A stretch of DNA of 63,476 bases, counting the filler, from Cercozoa sp. M6MM (Eukaryota > Protista > Endomyxa: Ascetosporea), in assembly GCA_040357565.1 (NCBI GenBank). It is 12 parts of 12 records of this genome, joined end to end, with 100 filler letters (N's around TTAATTAATTAA, not from the genome) between each part and the next. Parts side by side here need not be neighbours in the genome. Positions count along the whole stretch, not along the records: positions 25,104 to 29,085 come from JBDODJ010001252.1; positions 29,186 to 33,461 come from JBDODJ010001185.1; positions 33,562 to 44,756 come from JBDODJ010000411.1; 9 more parts are not named here. The stretch is one strand, 5' to 3'. How positions within the stretch are numbered: position 1 is the first letter of the stretch; each line of letters opens with the position of its first letter. The translations under genes were made by a program, and so were the position numbers. A model generated the notes under the pieces. That model made no database searches. It saw only the letters and a list, made by a program, of their open reading frames with translations, and was not told the DNA's origin. This document shows, one piece after another, positions 25,532-38,885 of this stretch.

Positions 25532-25636
25532 TCACCGGCGAGCCTTCTGCTTGGCGTAGTGCTCGAGCGCGTCAAGGTTCACCTCGGTCGGTAGCACGTC
25601 CGACAGGCGCACCTCCTGTACGAACCAACATGTACC

Positions 25637-25673
<37 letters not shown>

Positions 25674-27119
25674 GCGATGGCTACCTTGGACTTGTTGTGA
25701 CGCGCCTCGGCGAGTGCGTCATCGTAGCCGGGGTCGCCTGTGCACAAATACACACGCATAGATAAAAAAAACCCACTGGGGATGAGGGAGTACCAGGCAT
25801 CAGAATGCCGCTCTTTTGGGGCTCGCAGTACTCACGAATGTTGCGCTGTCGGAAGAGGTCCTGCACATACATATGTCTATATAGGTAGACAGAAAGATAG
25901 ATAGATAGAGGGATAGATAGATAGATAGAGGGATAGATAGATAGATAGATAGATAGATAAATCGGACTATTTATACACACACACACACACACGCACACGC
26001 ACACACACACACACATACATATACGTTATGGGATAGGCGTACCCGGCACTTGCCGACAAAAGCATTGTAGTTAAAGTTGCGCGTGTTGTTGTTGAAGGTG
26101 TGCACGTCTCTGTCACAATCAAAGACAGTGTGTATGTCAGTTAGACTGGGTAGAGGGGGAGGGTAGAGCCCACCTGTAGAGACCTTGCTCGAGGTAGGAC
26201 TTCATGACCAGATCGAGAAGGAAGGACTTGTGCGCCACGGGGAACTGCCGGGGGGGCGGGGGGGGGGGGGTAGGGTGGGAAAAAAGGGCGGTCGAGGGAG
26301 TAAGGAGGGGGTAGGCTACCTCCTTGGACAAGGCCTCAAGACGGCACAGTACGAGATCCTTCTCCCACAGCAAGTCGTCGAACAGGTACACGATGGCCAA
26401 CGGTGCCGCTTCTTCCTGCGGGGTCAGGGATGAACAGGGAGTAAACAGTGGGGTAAACGGGAGAGGGGGTAAACGGGGGGGGGGGGGCTAAACAGGGAAA
26501 AGTGACTACCTGCTTGGCACGGTACTCTTCAAGCGACGTCAGCAAGCAGTAGTTCTCCTACCGCAACCATGGGGTAAGGGGAACGGGAGGGGGGGGGGGG
26601 TAAAGCTACCTGCCACTGCGCGAACAGAAAGTTGAAGTTTCCTGTGTGGTCACCAATCACGCAAGAACTGAGTCAGGTCAGTCGAACACTTTGAGAAACG
26701 CTGGTACCGCCCTCCTTGTCGAACACTGGGAACACCGCCATGGGAGACGCATCCTGTGCCCCCAACAAAAATGGTTAAAGGGGCGATCACAGGTAAAACA
26801 CTGTACGATGCGACCGCGCATCTCTCGGAACTCGTTTCCGGTCAGTAGGGCGCCGGCATCGGCCTCGCGATCCTGCAGGCAGACATTGTTTTGAAAAAAC
26901 ACGCCCTTAACAAAGAAAAAACTGCACCTTGTGATACTCCGTCCAGATCTCGCTGATCTTTTCACCGCTCTCGCGTTGCAGCAGCGGCAACTTCACGACG
27001 TCGCTCAGTACGCGCGGACGGTCCCACACCACGTTGGTGAAACGCACGTTCGGCCGGGCGAAACGCGGCGCCACACCGCCGCGTCTGCGCACTGCACGCA
27101 CTGCACTTCTGCCCAACAT
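25532..27119 (-). CDS. ATP11: ATP synthase F1 assembly factor 1 (ATP11), about 10 exons
   Basis: Mitochondrial transit peptide, then RVLSDVVKLPLL..ISEIWTEYHK, SPMAVFPV, FAQWQ, LLTSLEEYR, YLFDDLLWEKDLVLCR, VHTFN. Confidence 0.85.
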
Positions 27120-27290
27120 TCCTGCTTTCCTCACACTCTATGCACAGTGATGCACACACGTATGGCACTAAGTGACCCTCGTGAACTGAATTGTACTGTG
27201 CTGAACAAACTCGGGTACGATAGTACAAAATTGTGTTAATTAAGGAAACGATCGCCGCAGCTGATCAATGATCAGGTCGGGCGTGCTGTA

Positions 27291-28951
27291 TTAATCGCGG
27301 AAAGGGTCGAGGGCATCTTCCTTCTTTTTCTGCGTCTCGGCAAAGGTTTCCCACTCGGCCGGCTCCTGCCAAATAACGTACATCCTCCAAGCCTGAACCA
27401 CCAGCAGCACTCCCAACCACAGTAAAACATACCTCATCATCGAATGCGTTGTCGGCGTTCTTGTCGTCAGTTCCATCGTTTTCTCGCCGGATGGCCTGTA
27501 GTCAGTCCAGAAATCAAAAATACCGGCATCACGGACACAAAGGAAAAAGAAAAACAAAGATGTGACACCTTGCGCAGTGCACGAATCCACTCGCGCATCT
27601 CCTCGGGCGACTATAGACACACAATCGTAACACTAAAACGAACACACATGCATAGAGGCCAAAAGCACACCGTGGCACTGGCGTAGAAGACGCGTCCATC
27701 ACGTGCGATCTCGAGCGCGAACACGTTGGTGCCGCCCGAGAAGTCGCCCATTCGCAGCACGGTACTGTCGCGCAGTGGCATGGCACCTGTGTAAACGAAA
27801 ACGTTGACTGGTATGGAGGAACAAACACGGACACACCAGGAGTGCCTGGCAGAAGTGCTTGGTACCTGTAAAATCCGTGGCCGAGAAGTCGACCATGTCG
27901 CGCCGTCGGTGCAGCACCTGGAGGAACTTGGCACCGTCGCCCGGCGACCGGAAGTACGCCAGGAAGCCCGACGAAAACAGTACTGCCCCATACACACACT
28001 CTCTCATTGCGCCATTAAAGACTGGACGTGATGTACCAAAGTAGCGTTTCTTCCAACCCGAGCTGCCTTTCTTGAGTAGCCAGCCCTGTGTCCGGATGTA
28101 CACGACAGTGTACAGTTTACTAGCACAAAATACAGGGCAGTACACAAGGCGCTACCTCTTTGACAACGCTCGCTTGTGATCGATCGACGATGCGCTTGCG
28201 CAGCTCGGCCATCCACATCTGGTACTCGTCTGGGGGAGGGGGAGGGGGCAATACAAAGACGAGCTCCACAGGAACAAAGAGTACCGTCATCACGCGCGGC
28301 GAGGTACCAAGTTCCGCCCTATAGGCAGGCAGGCAGCACCTCACTTCCACACAAAAAACAAAAGGCTAAGTCGACACAATGGTTGGTACAATCGTGACGA
28401 TATCAAACGCGTTTCGTTTCTTGCCTTTGCGCGTGTCACCCACAGACACGGCTAGGTCCAGTTCCTACCACAACGCACTCACATCATCTTTCCTGTCCGC
28501 GCGGATATGTGTTTCTGCGAAATGCTACAATTGACCCGATCGGGTCGATGTCATCGGCTGAACTGTACCACAAGAGCATAGCACAACAACACACAGCAGC
28601 AAAGTTTGGTAGGATACTATCGGTATTCGATGGATCGCTCTTGCAGCGTGAAGAATCTCTGATGCCATTTCTTTTGGAACATTCCTGCAACAGCAAAGTA
28701 CAGACAGGTACTCAGTCCGGACATGTCGAAGTACCTGCACGTGGATTTCGCTTGTACAGCCAGCCGTTCAAGACTGCCGACAGTCTGCACACGAAAGATG
28801 AAATCCGCACACTAAAGTGAACTCAAGGGACAGAGAGGGAAGACGCTACTGCTTGCGCTCGTGCTCGTCGCGTTCGTGTTGGTCGATGGCATCCGACGCT
28901 GGCAGCCATACGTTCTCGCTCTGTCGTTGCTTCTCGCGTTTCTTCTTGTCC
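27291..28951 (-). CDS. Tandem PH-domain protein, 3' part
   Basis: Two PH domains: GWLYKRNP..KKWHQRFFTL..EYQMWMAEL and GWLLKKGSSGWKKRYF..RVFYASAT|SPEEMREWIRALRK. Confidence 0.8.
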
Positions 28952-28969
28952 TGTCATACACACACACGT

Positions 28970-29085
<116 letters not shown>

Positions 29086-29229
29086 NNNNNNNNNNNNNNN
29101 NNNNNNNNNNNNNNNNNNNNNNNNNNNNNTTAATTAATTAANNNNNNNNNNNNNNNNNNNNNNNNNNNNNNNNNNNNNNNNNNNNTGCTTATCCCCTCTT
29201 TACCCCCTCTTACCGCCTCCTCCGAACAG

Positions 29230-30720
29230 GACAGTGTCGCCGCTGGAGCAGAGTGGCGGCACCTACTGGAGTGGCAACTTCAGTCGCGGCCGCCGACAGG
29301 GCATGGGCATCGTGCTGGCCTCCGATCGCAGCACCGTGTTGGGACACTCCTGTTATGAGGTATAGCCAGAAGTAAAGAGGGGTAAACAGGGGTAAACAGC
29401 GGGGTAAAACCTCGCGTGTGTGCGCAGGCCGACGTGTACGTGCCGTCAGTGTCAAGCATGGACGTCGACTACGAGGACAACACTGACATGCCGAGTGTCG
29501 ACATTGATCCGGATATAGACCCGGCTGATCTGAATGATCAGGACGGCGATCGACAGGATCTGCATAGTGACCATGACGGTGATCAAAGTGACCAGCACAA
29601 CGACCAACACAGCGATCATCATAGCGATCATGACGGCGATCAAAACGATCGAGCTGCGCAGATGCGACTGCTCGAACTGCTCAGCTTCTTGTAGCTTTAA
29701 CCCCTCCCCCCCACTTACCCTCTACCCCCTACCCCTTACCTCCTTACCTCCTACCTCCTTACCTCCTACCTCCTTACCTCCTAACCTTACCCCCATACTC
29801 CCCTACCTCACCCCTTCACCCTTTGCCCCTTCCCCTTTATCCCTATACACCGGTGCCATGCAGTCCCTTCTTGCACCGGCGTTTCTTCGACCTGTCTCAG
29901 CACGAGTTTGGTCCAAATGTACACACTTTCTCTGGTCGGTATAGATGTACCGTGGCACAAATGGATTTTGTAGCCACTGCGTCGTGACAAGAAACGCGAG
30001 AATTTGCTCGAGCAGCGCTCGGTGCTGCAGGAATTGTATCGCCTGTTTCTATCCGCCCCCTCCCCCACCCCACCCTTCATCCCGTCTTTCCCCCGCCTTC
30101 CCCGATCTTTACCCCACCCCCTTCACCGTCTTTACGTCGCCTTTACCACTCCATTTTTACCCCCACTCCCTTCGTACTTCTTGTTTGATAAAATAGACTG
30201 CAAGAAGTCGACCGGAAACTCGGTGTCTCGACGACCTTCAAGGACAACAAAATTGCTGATGACAAAGCTGTCGATGACGAAGCTGCTGCTGTTGACCTAA
30301 GCCTGGCTTCCGCGCGGAAGCCGGTGCGACCGCCAGTTACCAAGGAACGACCCAAGAAACGGCGCCGTTTCGTTTTTTCGTCTGTCGGCATGCCGCCCTT
30401 CACCTTTGCCGGTCGGTTTCCTCCTTACCCCATCTTACCTTTGCTTATCCCCTTTTACCCCCTCCCCGCGTTGCTCTTGTATAGCAGCACAGCAGCAAGA
30501 GGAAGAAGCTTCGACGAGACCACAGGAGTTGCCGCGCGACTTTTTCACATGCGACAATGGTCAGGTACATTGCCGCCTTCCCATACCTTGCTCCCCTGCC
30601 CCTTGCTCCCCTACCCCTTGCTCCCCTACCCCTCTCTGTGTTGTGGCACAGGTGCCTTCGGCAGCGCAGGAACTCTGTCTCGATGATGACAGTCGACTCT
30701 TCATGCCATCTGGTGATTGC

Positions 30721-30805
<85 letters not shown>

Positions 30806-30885
30806 CACGCAACATTGTGTTAGAGCAGGTCAGAATTGCTTCCGACTCCGCCACGCTGTCGGAATCATCAAACAATGTCTGGTGA
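29230..30885 (+). CDS. MORN-repeat-containing hypothetical protein, 3' part, with poly-Asn tail
   Basis: TYWSGNFSRGRRQGMG (MORN-like), an acidic D/H-rich exon, and (AAC)n encoding poly-N at about 30721-30803. Confidence 0.45.
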
Positions 30886-31337
30886 CTGGTGATCATGGCC
30901 ACTGACGTGTTCCGACCAGCAATTAGTACCAGTCCTGGATTCGATTTAAGTATGACGACAAATGGCGAAGTGAAGCGGAACTAAAGTTAAACTCCTTGGC
31001 CTTCAGTGCATTCGATTGTCTTGCGCGGACCTGCGCTCACATTAATATTCCTCACAAAAAGGGTAGTCATTTTGGTGATCGTCGGCAAGGCACTTTCCTC
31101 GACATTCATCGCATTCACAGCCTGTCAAAACACAAAAATAAAGAAATCCGGCAAAGTAGTAACAGAGCTTGTGACATCGGACGAGTCTTTCAGGCGGCAC
31201 GCCTTAAAGACGCCTCAGGCGCAGCAGGTGCCGACCTGTGGACGCGCGGCGCCTACGTCTGTCGTCGTAGCGACGCCTTCCTACTCCGCTCGATCTGCCT
31301 CGGTACACGCACTCTATCTATCTATCAGCGTTTCCAT

Positions 31338-31364
31338 GTGTGTATGTATGTATGTATGTGTATT

Positions 31365-31397
<33 letters not shown>

Positions 31398-31680
31398 TTA
31401 TGTGTATGTATGTGTATATGTATGTATGTATATGTGTATGTGTGTATATATGTATGTAATGTATGTATGTATGTTTGTATGTATGTATGTATGTATGTAT
31501 GTATGTATGTATGTATGTATGTATGTATGTATGTATNNNNNNNNNNTATGTATGTATGTATGTATGTATGTATGTATGTATGTATGTATGTATGTATGTA
31601 TGCATGTATGTAAACTTATGTATGTATGTATGTATGTATGTATGTATGTATGTATATATGTATGTATGTATGTATGGTAT
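31338..31680. repeat. (TATG)n microsatellite, probably intronic in a small hypothetical plus-strand gene (about 31165-31917)
   Basis: Directly visible; bounded by a GT at about 31303 and an AG at about 31724. Confidence 0.9.
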
Positions 31681-31979
31681 GTGGGGTATATGGTATGTAT
31701 ATACCCATATATGTATATCTGTAGCGACGAGGCTAGGAGACGGGAGGTCTGCGTCCGCGAACTGTGCGACAACGTTCTCTGCGAACTCGCTTTGGTACAC
31801 TCCTCTATGTGGTCTGGGGGGGTAGTCTGCAATGACCCCTCTCTTGATGCGTGCGTGCAGCTGCGTTGCGATGCCGAGCGGGCCGGTGCGACCTTCTCGC
31901 CGGCGCAGCGACGATAGTTGGACGACGCGCAGCTGCAGCTCGTGCCGCGAGTGACCACATCGGTAGCCACTCACCGAAA

Positions 31980-32033
<54 letters not shown>

Positions 32034-32665
32034 CGCAAATCAGGCCGCACGCGAGGCGGCCGAAATCGTCGTTTTGGCTTCGGACGCAGCATAATCTCGA
32101 CGCCGATTGCGTGTGCCGCTTCGACGCCACAGAGACGACGCGTACCTACGCTACGTATACCATACGCGACGGTCGGTACCAGCTCGTTAACTATCGTATC
32201 CGATCGTTTTGATACTGCGGCTCAATGGCCCAATCAGTATTGGAAAGGAGAGACTCAATAATTTTCGATTCAGTTAGAAAAGTCGTCACTCAGTTGAGTC
32301 AACGTTAGAACTGAAGATGAAACACCCCTACTACTGGGTCTCGACCGAAGGAAGACGTCCTTGGTCGTAACAATGCGTTTAAGAAAACTCCGCCAGGCTG
32401 AAGCCGTGATGGAGCTTTCTGCTTCTCTGCAAGGACCCTGTCCAGGCAAGATCAAGTTAAAACACTCTTATAACTTCTCTCAATCCTCAGACTTGGTTGA
32501 GACACGGATTATGACCTCCACGCGGACGGGTCAGACCGCGAGTGCACAGTAACAGTTTAGCGTATACTACGCTACGTACGCGTACCGTACGGTGCCGTGC
32601 CGACATATGTTACACGATGGTCATGATCAATCGCAAGCTTCATCACGCAACGGTCAGGTCGGATT

Positions 32666-33035
32666 TTAGACTGCTTCTTCGTCAGGTTTGTCCAGTGGCA
32701 CGTGCGCTTCGTATCGATCAATCGCGCCTCGCAACAACGATGCGTTGCACATGGGACACCGTTGGTTCATCTCAGTCTGCCTTCGTGATGCCCAGTCCAG
32801 AATGCAGGCGCGACAGAACGTCTATGAGACCGAATGCACGCGTGTGGAGATATCCAAAATAAAACTGAACACAGAAGACCGATATAAACTTACATGAGAA
32901 CACGCGACGAGAACGACCGGATCGGTGCACGGGTCGTCGAGGCAAATCGAGCACGAACCGTCCTCATCAAACTGATTGAAGCAGTGGTGTTTAGAGGCAT
33001 TGTCAGTGTCAGTGTCAGTGTCAGTGTCAGTGTCA

Positions 33036-33066
<31 letters not shown>

Positions 33067-33462
33067 AGTCGGTGTCAGTGTCGGTGTCGGTGTCAGTATC
33101 GTCGGTGTGACCACTGTCCGTGTCACTACTGTTGTCATCGGCACAGCCAGAGCCAGAGCCAGAGTCAGTACGAGGGTCAAAGTCCCAAATCTTGGTGTCA
33201 CGCCTGTCGGTTTGCGTACGATGCACGCGCTGCTGCCACTGTACAATGAGTTGCCGGATGACTTTGCGAAGTCGAAATGAAGCCTGTGCCGTACAGTATC
33301 AGTCAGTCAGTGCACAATCACAGTTCTAGCATCGATACTTTAAGTACGTACACAGTAGAGAAACGCTACCATTCGCAACTTAAGCAAAACGGCTGCCTTC
33401 TTTTCCTTTTGCCGCAGAGAGCACGCCAGCCAGGCAACAGAGGCAACAAGTATCGCCGTGTN
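32666..33462 (-). CDS. TM plus C3HC4 RING-finger protein, 3' part, with (DT)n tract
   Basis: CSICLDD..ACSH|TFCRACILDW..CPMC; upstream hydrophobic AILVASVAWLACSL. Confidence 0.8.
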
Positions 33463-33742
33463 NNNNNNNNNNNNNNNNNNNNNNNNNNNNNNNNNNNNNN
33501 NNNNNTTAATTAATTAANNNNNNNNNNNNNNNNNNNNNNNNNNNNNNNNNNNNNNNNNNNNTTGTTTGCTTGTTGTGTTTTTTTTTTGTGTGTTTTGTTT
33601 TGTATGTTTTCTTTTTTTTTTCTTGTTTTGTGTTTTTTTTTGTTTTTTTTTTGTTGTTGTTTTTTCTTGTTGTTTTGTTTTTGTTTTTTTTTCTTGTTTG
33701 TTGTTGTTGTTGTTTTTTCTAGAGATGGTTGCCGTTGTGCAG

Positions 33743-34034
33743 GTGGCTACTTGACCAACGTGCAGTCGCGTCGCACGCGCGCCGTCGACGTTTTCGCTCT
33801 CGGCTGCGTCGTCTTTTTTGCGCTGTCTGGTGAGTGCTTTGTCTATATGTATATATATATATATATAATAAATAAATGTATATATATTTTATATGTATGT
33901 ATGTATGTATGTATATGTAATAAATAAATATAATATATTTATAGTAAATATATATATATGTATGTATGTATGTATGTATATGTAATAAATAAATATATAT
34001 ATGTGTATGTATGTATATATGTAATAAATATATA

Positions 34035-34087
<53 letters not shown>

Positions 34088-35936
34088 TGTATGTAATGTA
34101 TGTATGTATGTATGTATATGTAATAAATATGTATTATATCTATATATATATATATGTATATATTTATGTATATGTAATAAATATATATATATATATAATA
34201 AATATACACACACATGTTGCTGCAGGAGGCCGACACCCGTTCGACCTGGAGGAAGAAGCCACACAAACAACAAGAAAAACAACAACGAAAACAACAAGAA
34301 AAACAACAACGAGAACACCGACGTCATCGCAGCGCCGTCGCATCGACAGCACGCAGATCGACTGGAACATTCGGCACGACAAGTTCGACTTGACGCCGCT
34401 GTCGTCGCCCGAGGCGCGGCAGCTGGTTCGGTGCGTTTTTACCCCCCCCCCCGAGCCGGGGGAGCCGTGCGCGGGGGGGGCGGTGGGGCGGCGTTGGCGG
34501 CGGTGTTGCGGGTTNNNNNNNNNNNNNNNNNNNNNNNNNNNNNNNNNNNNNNNNNNNNNNNNNNNNNNNNNNNNNNNNNNNNNNNNNNNNNNNNNNNNNN
34601 NNNNNNNNNNNNNNCCATAGCGGCATGATCCAACACCGGCCAGAGCAGCGACTGACGGCGAGGGAGGCAGCGGCGCATCCGCTGTTCTGGCCGGCGGCCA
34701 AGCGACTGCGCTTCCTGCAGCTGTGCTCGGACCGCCTGGAACAGGAGGCGCCCAACTCGCGCGTGCTGCGACTGCTCGAGTCGCATGCGCCTGATGTCGT
34801 TGGTATCTATATATTTATTTATATATTTATATATTTTATTTATTTATTTGTTTATTTATTTATTTGTTTGTTTATTTGTTTATTTGTTTATTTATTTATT
34901 TGTTTGTTTATTTATTTATTTATTTGTTTATTTATTTGTTTGTTTATTTATTTATTTATTTATTTGTTTATATATTTATTGATTTATCTATCTGTATATA
35001 TCTATTTATTTATTTATTTATTTATTTGTTTGTATATATATAAATGTAGATATATTTATTTATTTATTTATATGGATATCTATTTATATAGATGTATACA
35101 TTTATACTTATCCATATATATATATATATATAGATATATATATATATATATACATATTTTTAGAAATTTATGCATATACATTTGTGTTTGTATTTGTTGT
35201 ACAGGCACAAACTGGCACGAACGACTGGACGCGCGAATCCTGGCCGACTCGGGCAAGTACCGGCGCTATGACACCTGCTCTATCCGCGATGCCTTGCGTC
35301 TCATTCGCAACAAGGTCTATCTATCTATAGATTATGTGTATATATATATATATATGTGTATACAGTCGCACCACTTCCGAGACCTGCCAGCGCAGCTGCG
35401 CGACGAACTGTCGCCGTACCCGAGTGCCTTTGTGGGCTACTTTGACTCTGTGTTCCCGGTATATCTCAGTTCTATCTTATATATATATATATATATGTAT
35501 GTCTATATCGATAAGTAGATTTGTATGTCTAATTATAATATAGAGCCTGTTGAGTCACCTGTACGCTTTCTTCGCGGCGCTCAATCTGGACGACTTCCAC
35601 GCGCCGCGGCACTCGCGCCGAGAAGCGTCGTCACTCCACAAGCAGCAGCGCCACAAGCGAGACAGGAGGAGACACAACAACAACTACAGCAACAACAGCA
35701 ACAGCAACAGCAACAACAACAGCAACAACAACAGCAGCAGCAGCAACAGTCGAGTCTCGCAGGAGACTGACACCAGCGATCGCGGCAGAGGGACCGACAG
35801 TCCCACGACACCGCACGACTCAGAGACTGCCGGCTTCCTCCAGTTGAGTCGCACCTCGCGTCTGCAGCTGCGACTCGACGTGCTCAAGCAGCGTGCCTGG
35901 TGGCCGCACTCGTCTGCCTGTACTACTGACTCGTGA
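33743..35936 (+). CDS. IRE1: IRE1 kinase/endoribonuclease, C-terminal part (kinase C-lobe plus KEN domain)
   Basis: [16 protein letters not shown]|[43 protein letters not shown]|[15 protein letters not shown]|SLL. Confidence 0.95.
33840..35160. repeat. Two AT-rich microsatellite introns of IRE1: (TA/TATG)n at about 33840-34210 and (TTTA)n at about 34803-35160
   Basis: Directly visible; each lies between GT and AG. Confidence 0.9.
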
Positions 35937-36614
35937 TCGGCGCCACTCGAGTCAACTACGCTAATACGAATAGTTAGTTGGTTGTTACAGACTGACTCAT
36001 ATTATGCAGCTCCGCGGGGATGAACCCACGCCAGACTGACCAGTTGAAGCAAAAGAGAAAGAAGAGTTAAGAGTTGTGGCTCTGCGGTACTGCTGCCTCT
36101 AGAGCTGTGACTGGACCTGTCTGAAAGCCTGTCCTGTAGATTTAGCCTCCCAGGCAGTTGGCAAAAAAGAAACCTCATCTACTTGGCATCAGCTGGTCAG
36201 TTGCTCTGCAGTTTGTATTGATATCCACCTCTACAATTGGCTGCTGTCGAGAGCCTTGATTTATGTTTGTCTAGTTGCTGCAATGTGAGCGAACATTATA
36301 GCAGCCTACCGTACTTCTTTTTCCCGATCGATGTCACTCATGATCGTGCCAGCGCATGATCGCAGTGATTTGAAGACTTCACTTGTCGTGGGTTTCAATT
36401 CTAACTTTCGGTCTGCTGTCGATGGAAGTCCAAATCGAAATTTCGGAGTTCCCGGTTCGTTTGAGACCTTCCGGTTTGATGTCCAAAACAACGATATTCG
36501 GAGTTCAACAAGCAACCGTCAGTTCGTTTATGTTGAATGTACACGACACTATCACAAACCTTGAGTTCTATGACGTACGAGCACTCGTACGAACTGATCG
36601 GAGTCCCGGTAGAG

Positions 36615-38774
36615 ATGACCACAGTTTTTTCAGTTCACTCGGTTAAAATTGTTGTCAATTTAGTCGTTTTCATGGTTGATTCCCGTAAATACTACTGTAA
36701 ATGTAGCGCTCCACTCGTCACAGGAGCAAACTTCTACTTGTGTTGCTGTCGGTGGTTTTGCTCAATGGAGTCCTGGCGTTTCTCACTCTCGCGTGCCTAA
36801 GCACTCGCTACTGCAGCTTCGCCGTCAACAGCAACTCGATATCAAACGACCACAACTGCGAAATGGAAGCGAGTTTATCCAGGGAGGCAGCGAAATCTGC
36901 AGTGAGTATCAGTTCTAATCAGGACGCGAATTTGCTGCTAGAAGTCGCACCCCTCGGTATAGAAAACTGAATCAGTTTTGTATCCGTCTCCATTTCAGTC
37001 AATCAACTTACAACTTAGGTGTACGCAAGCAACTGCGATTTGACCACACTGGCGTGTTCAATCCGTCGGTGCTGTCTTTGGTGTCTACAGACAACACAAT
37101 ACTACCACAGGGACAGGCTCTTGTGAGTGGCCGGATCATGTGGAACGGCGCTTCAATGCTCGTTCTGGGCAGAATTGTAAACTTACATTACACTTTTTTA
37201 CCTTTGAAAAATGCACAATACACCAACTTGAGTGCGCAGAGTTTAGCTGACATCAAGTCCGACTCGAACGCAATAGCCGTCACCGACGAGCGTCGGTTGG
37301 ATGCCGAGCTCTTCATGCTCACCGATACGGTAACGTAAAATATGAAACTCCATCTCGCCAAACTTGGAGTGAGTGGAGCGAAGTTGAGTGAATTGTTAGA
37401 ACAAATGGAACTCGTACTCAACCTACCGAGGGTTCGAGGATGCGCGCTTGTTCCGGATCGACGCTCAAAGCACAGAAGTATGCGCCAGTGGTAGTGTCAG
37501 TCACTGGCGTCAGTGTCACGATACACCCTCGGTGGCTTTGGTAGCAGTTTCTTCCGCTCGGATGCTCACACAACATACGTAAATTTCGCGCGGGACAGGC
37601 GTGTTTCAAACTTGACACAAATGGGTTCACAAGCTTGCAGCCGGTTCGGTTCAACCCGGAACCTCTGCAGCAGTGTCGGTGGAGAAAGAATCTGGTGGTA
37701 TCGTTTTCCTTTTATCAAAGCAGCCCGACAAGAAAAGGGAATGTAGCCTGTCTTGGGAACATCGCTCTTTGTCGATGCGACCGAACGACGCGTGTTTGGT
37801 GCTCCAATATCCAAAAACCCTGGTTAACATTTAAAACCTGCCGTTGTAAGCAGATGTGCGTGCAAGCTCTGGAGAAGTGGTTCACTCGTACCCTCTCCAG
37901 GTACGGCTGGGCATTTATGAACTCATTGCTTTACAGTGTGTACAATGCAGGGAGAATGCTTGATGAAGCCTCCAGCTTCGGGCACATACACTTCGTCCAG
38001 TTGGTCAGTTGTCACTTCTCCAGTTCTTTCCTCTGCGGCCTTTGTGCTTAACTGGTAAATACTGTTTCTGCAGGCGAGGTTCCTCGCAGTTCATTCCAGT
38101 TTTTGCTGAAACGTAACACTTGGGCTTTGTTCGACACGCTAGCTAAATGAAAGTTCCTTTACAGGGAAACCGAACCAGTGTTGTTCGTCGGTGTGGTTCA
38201 TCGAGTCGTTCAAAGTGATACACCACAGCAACAGTAAGTCTCGTTGCAGCTTGCAATTATGCACTGAGTTCGATGCACTGTAACTCTCCTCGACAGTCAC
38301 TACATGCACTCCGTGTCGATTTTGGCACGGAAGAAAGATGGCACAGTGGCGTGCGCCGATCACATCAGCACTGTCACCGACATCGACATTGCTGCGATGC
38401 ACGACATGGTATTACCGTTCTTAGTGCACAAGTAACCTCTACCTCAATCAAATTCGATCTCCTGGACGACAGGAGCGGCCGGAGGATACTGCGCTTTTCG
38501 GTCACCGTCAGTTCAGCTTTGTTGGAGGAATCGTGTGGATCGGTACAGTACCATAACAACGTTTACGACTGTATATCTTTGTCTTCCTTGGCTAGCAAAA
38601 TGCACGACGGAGATTCTTCGTAGCTACGGTTGCGACGCCGCCATTGTCGCTGGTTTCTCTCTCTCCCTCGCCACGTGTTGACTCTCGATTCATGTATTCT
38701 TGGCAGGCGTTAGTGACCACTCGTCTTTTTTGCGTCAGATACGCATACGATTGACGCCAAATCGACGTCTTTAA
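36615..38774 (+). CDS. Type II membrane protein with five-bladed beta-propeller (GH130/GT91 beta-mannosyltransferase-like)
   Basis: Signal anchor KLLLVLLSVVLLNGVLAFLTLA; ordered motifs GVFNPS, RGFEDARLF, RKNLVP, RGSSQF, VGVVH, YMH, FVGGI, VAGVSD. Confidence 0.6.
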
Positions 38775-38885
38775 TTTTACCTTTATTACTTGAGTTGCAA
38801 TACAGTTCAGCTAAAACAGTCAACGTCACTTTTGCGCGCAGCAAAAGTTTCGTACTGTAAATTTAAATTTTTACTGTCAATGATG

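Noticed and set aside
27291-27476. Small single-TM protein MELTTRTP..
   Set aside because: Better explained as the last two exons and intervening intron of the PH-domain gene.
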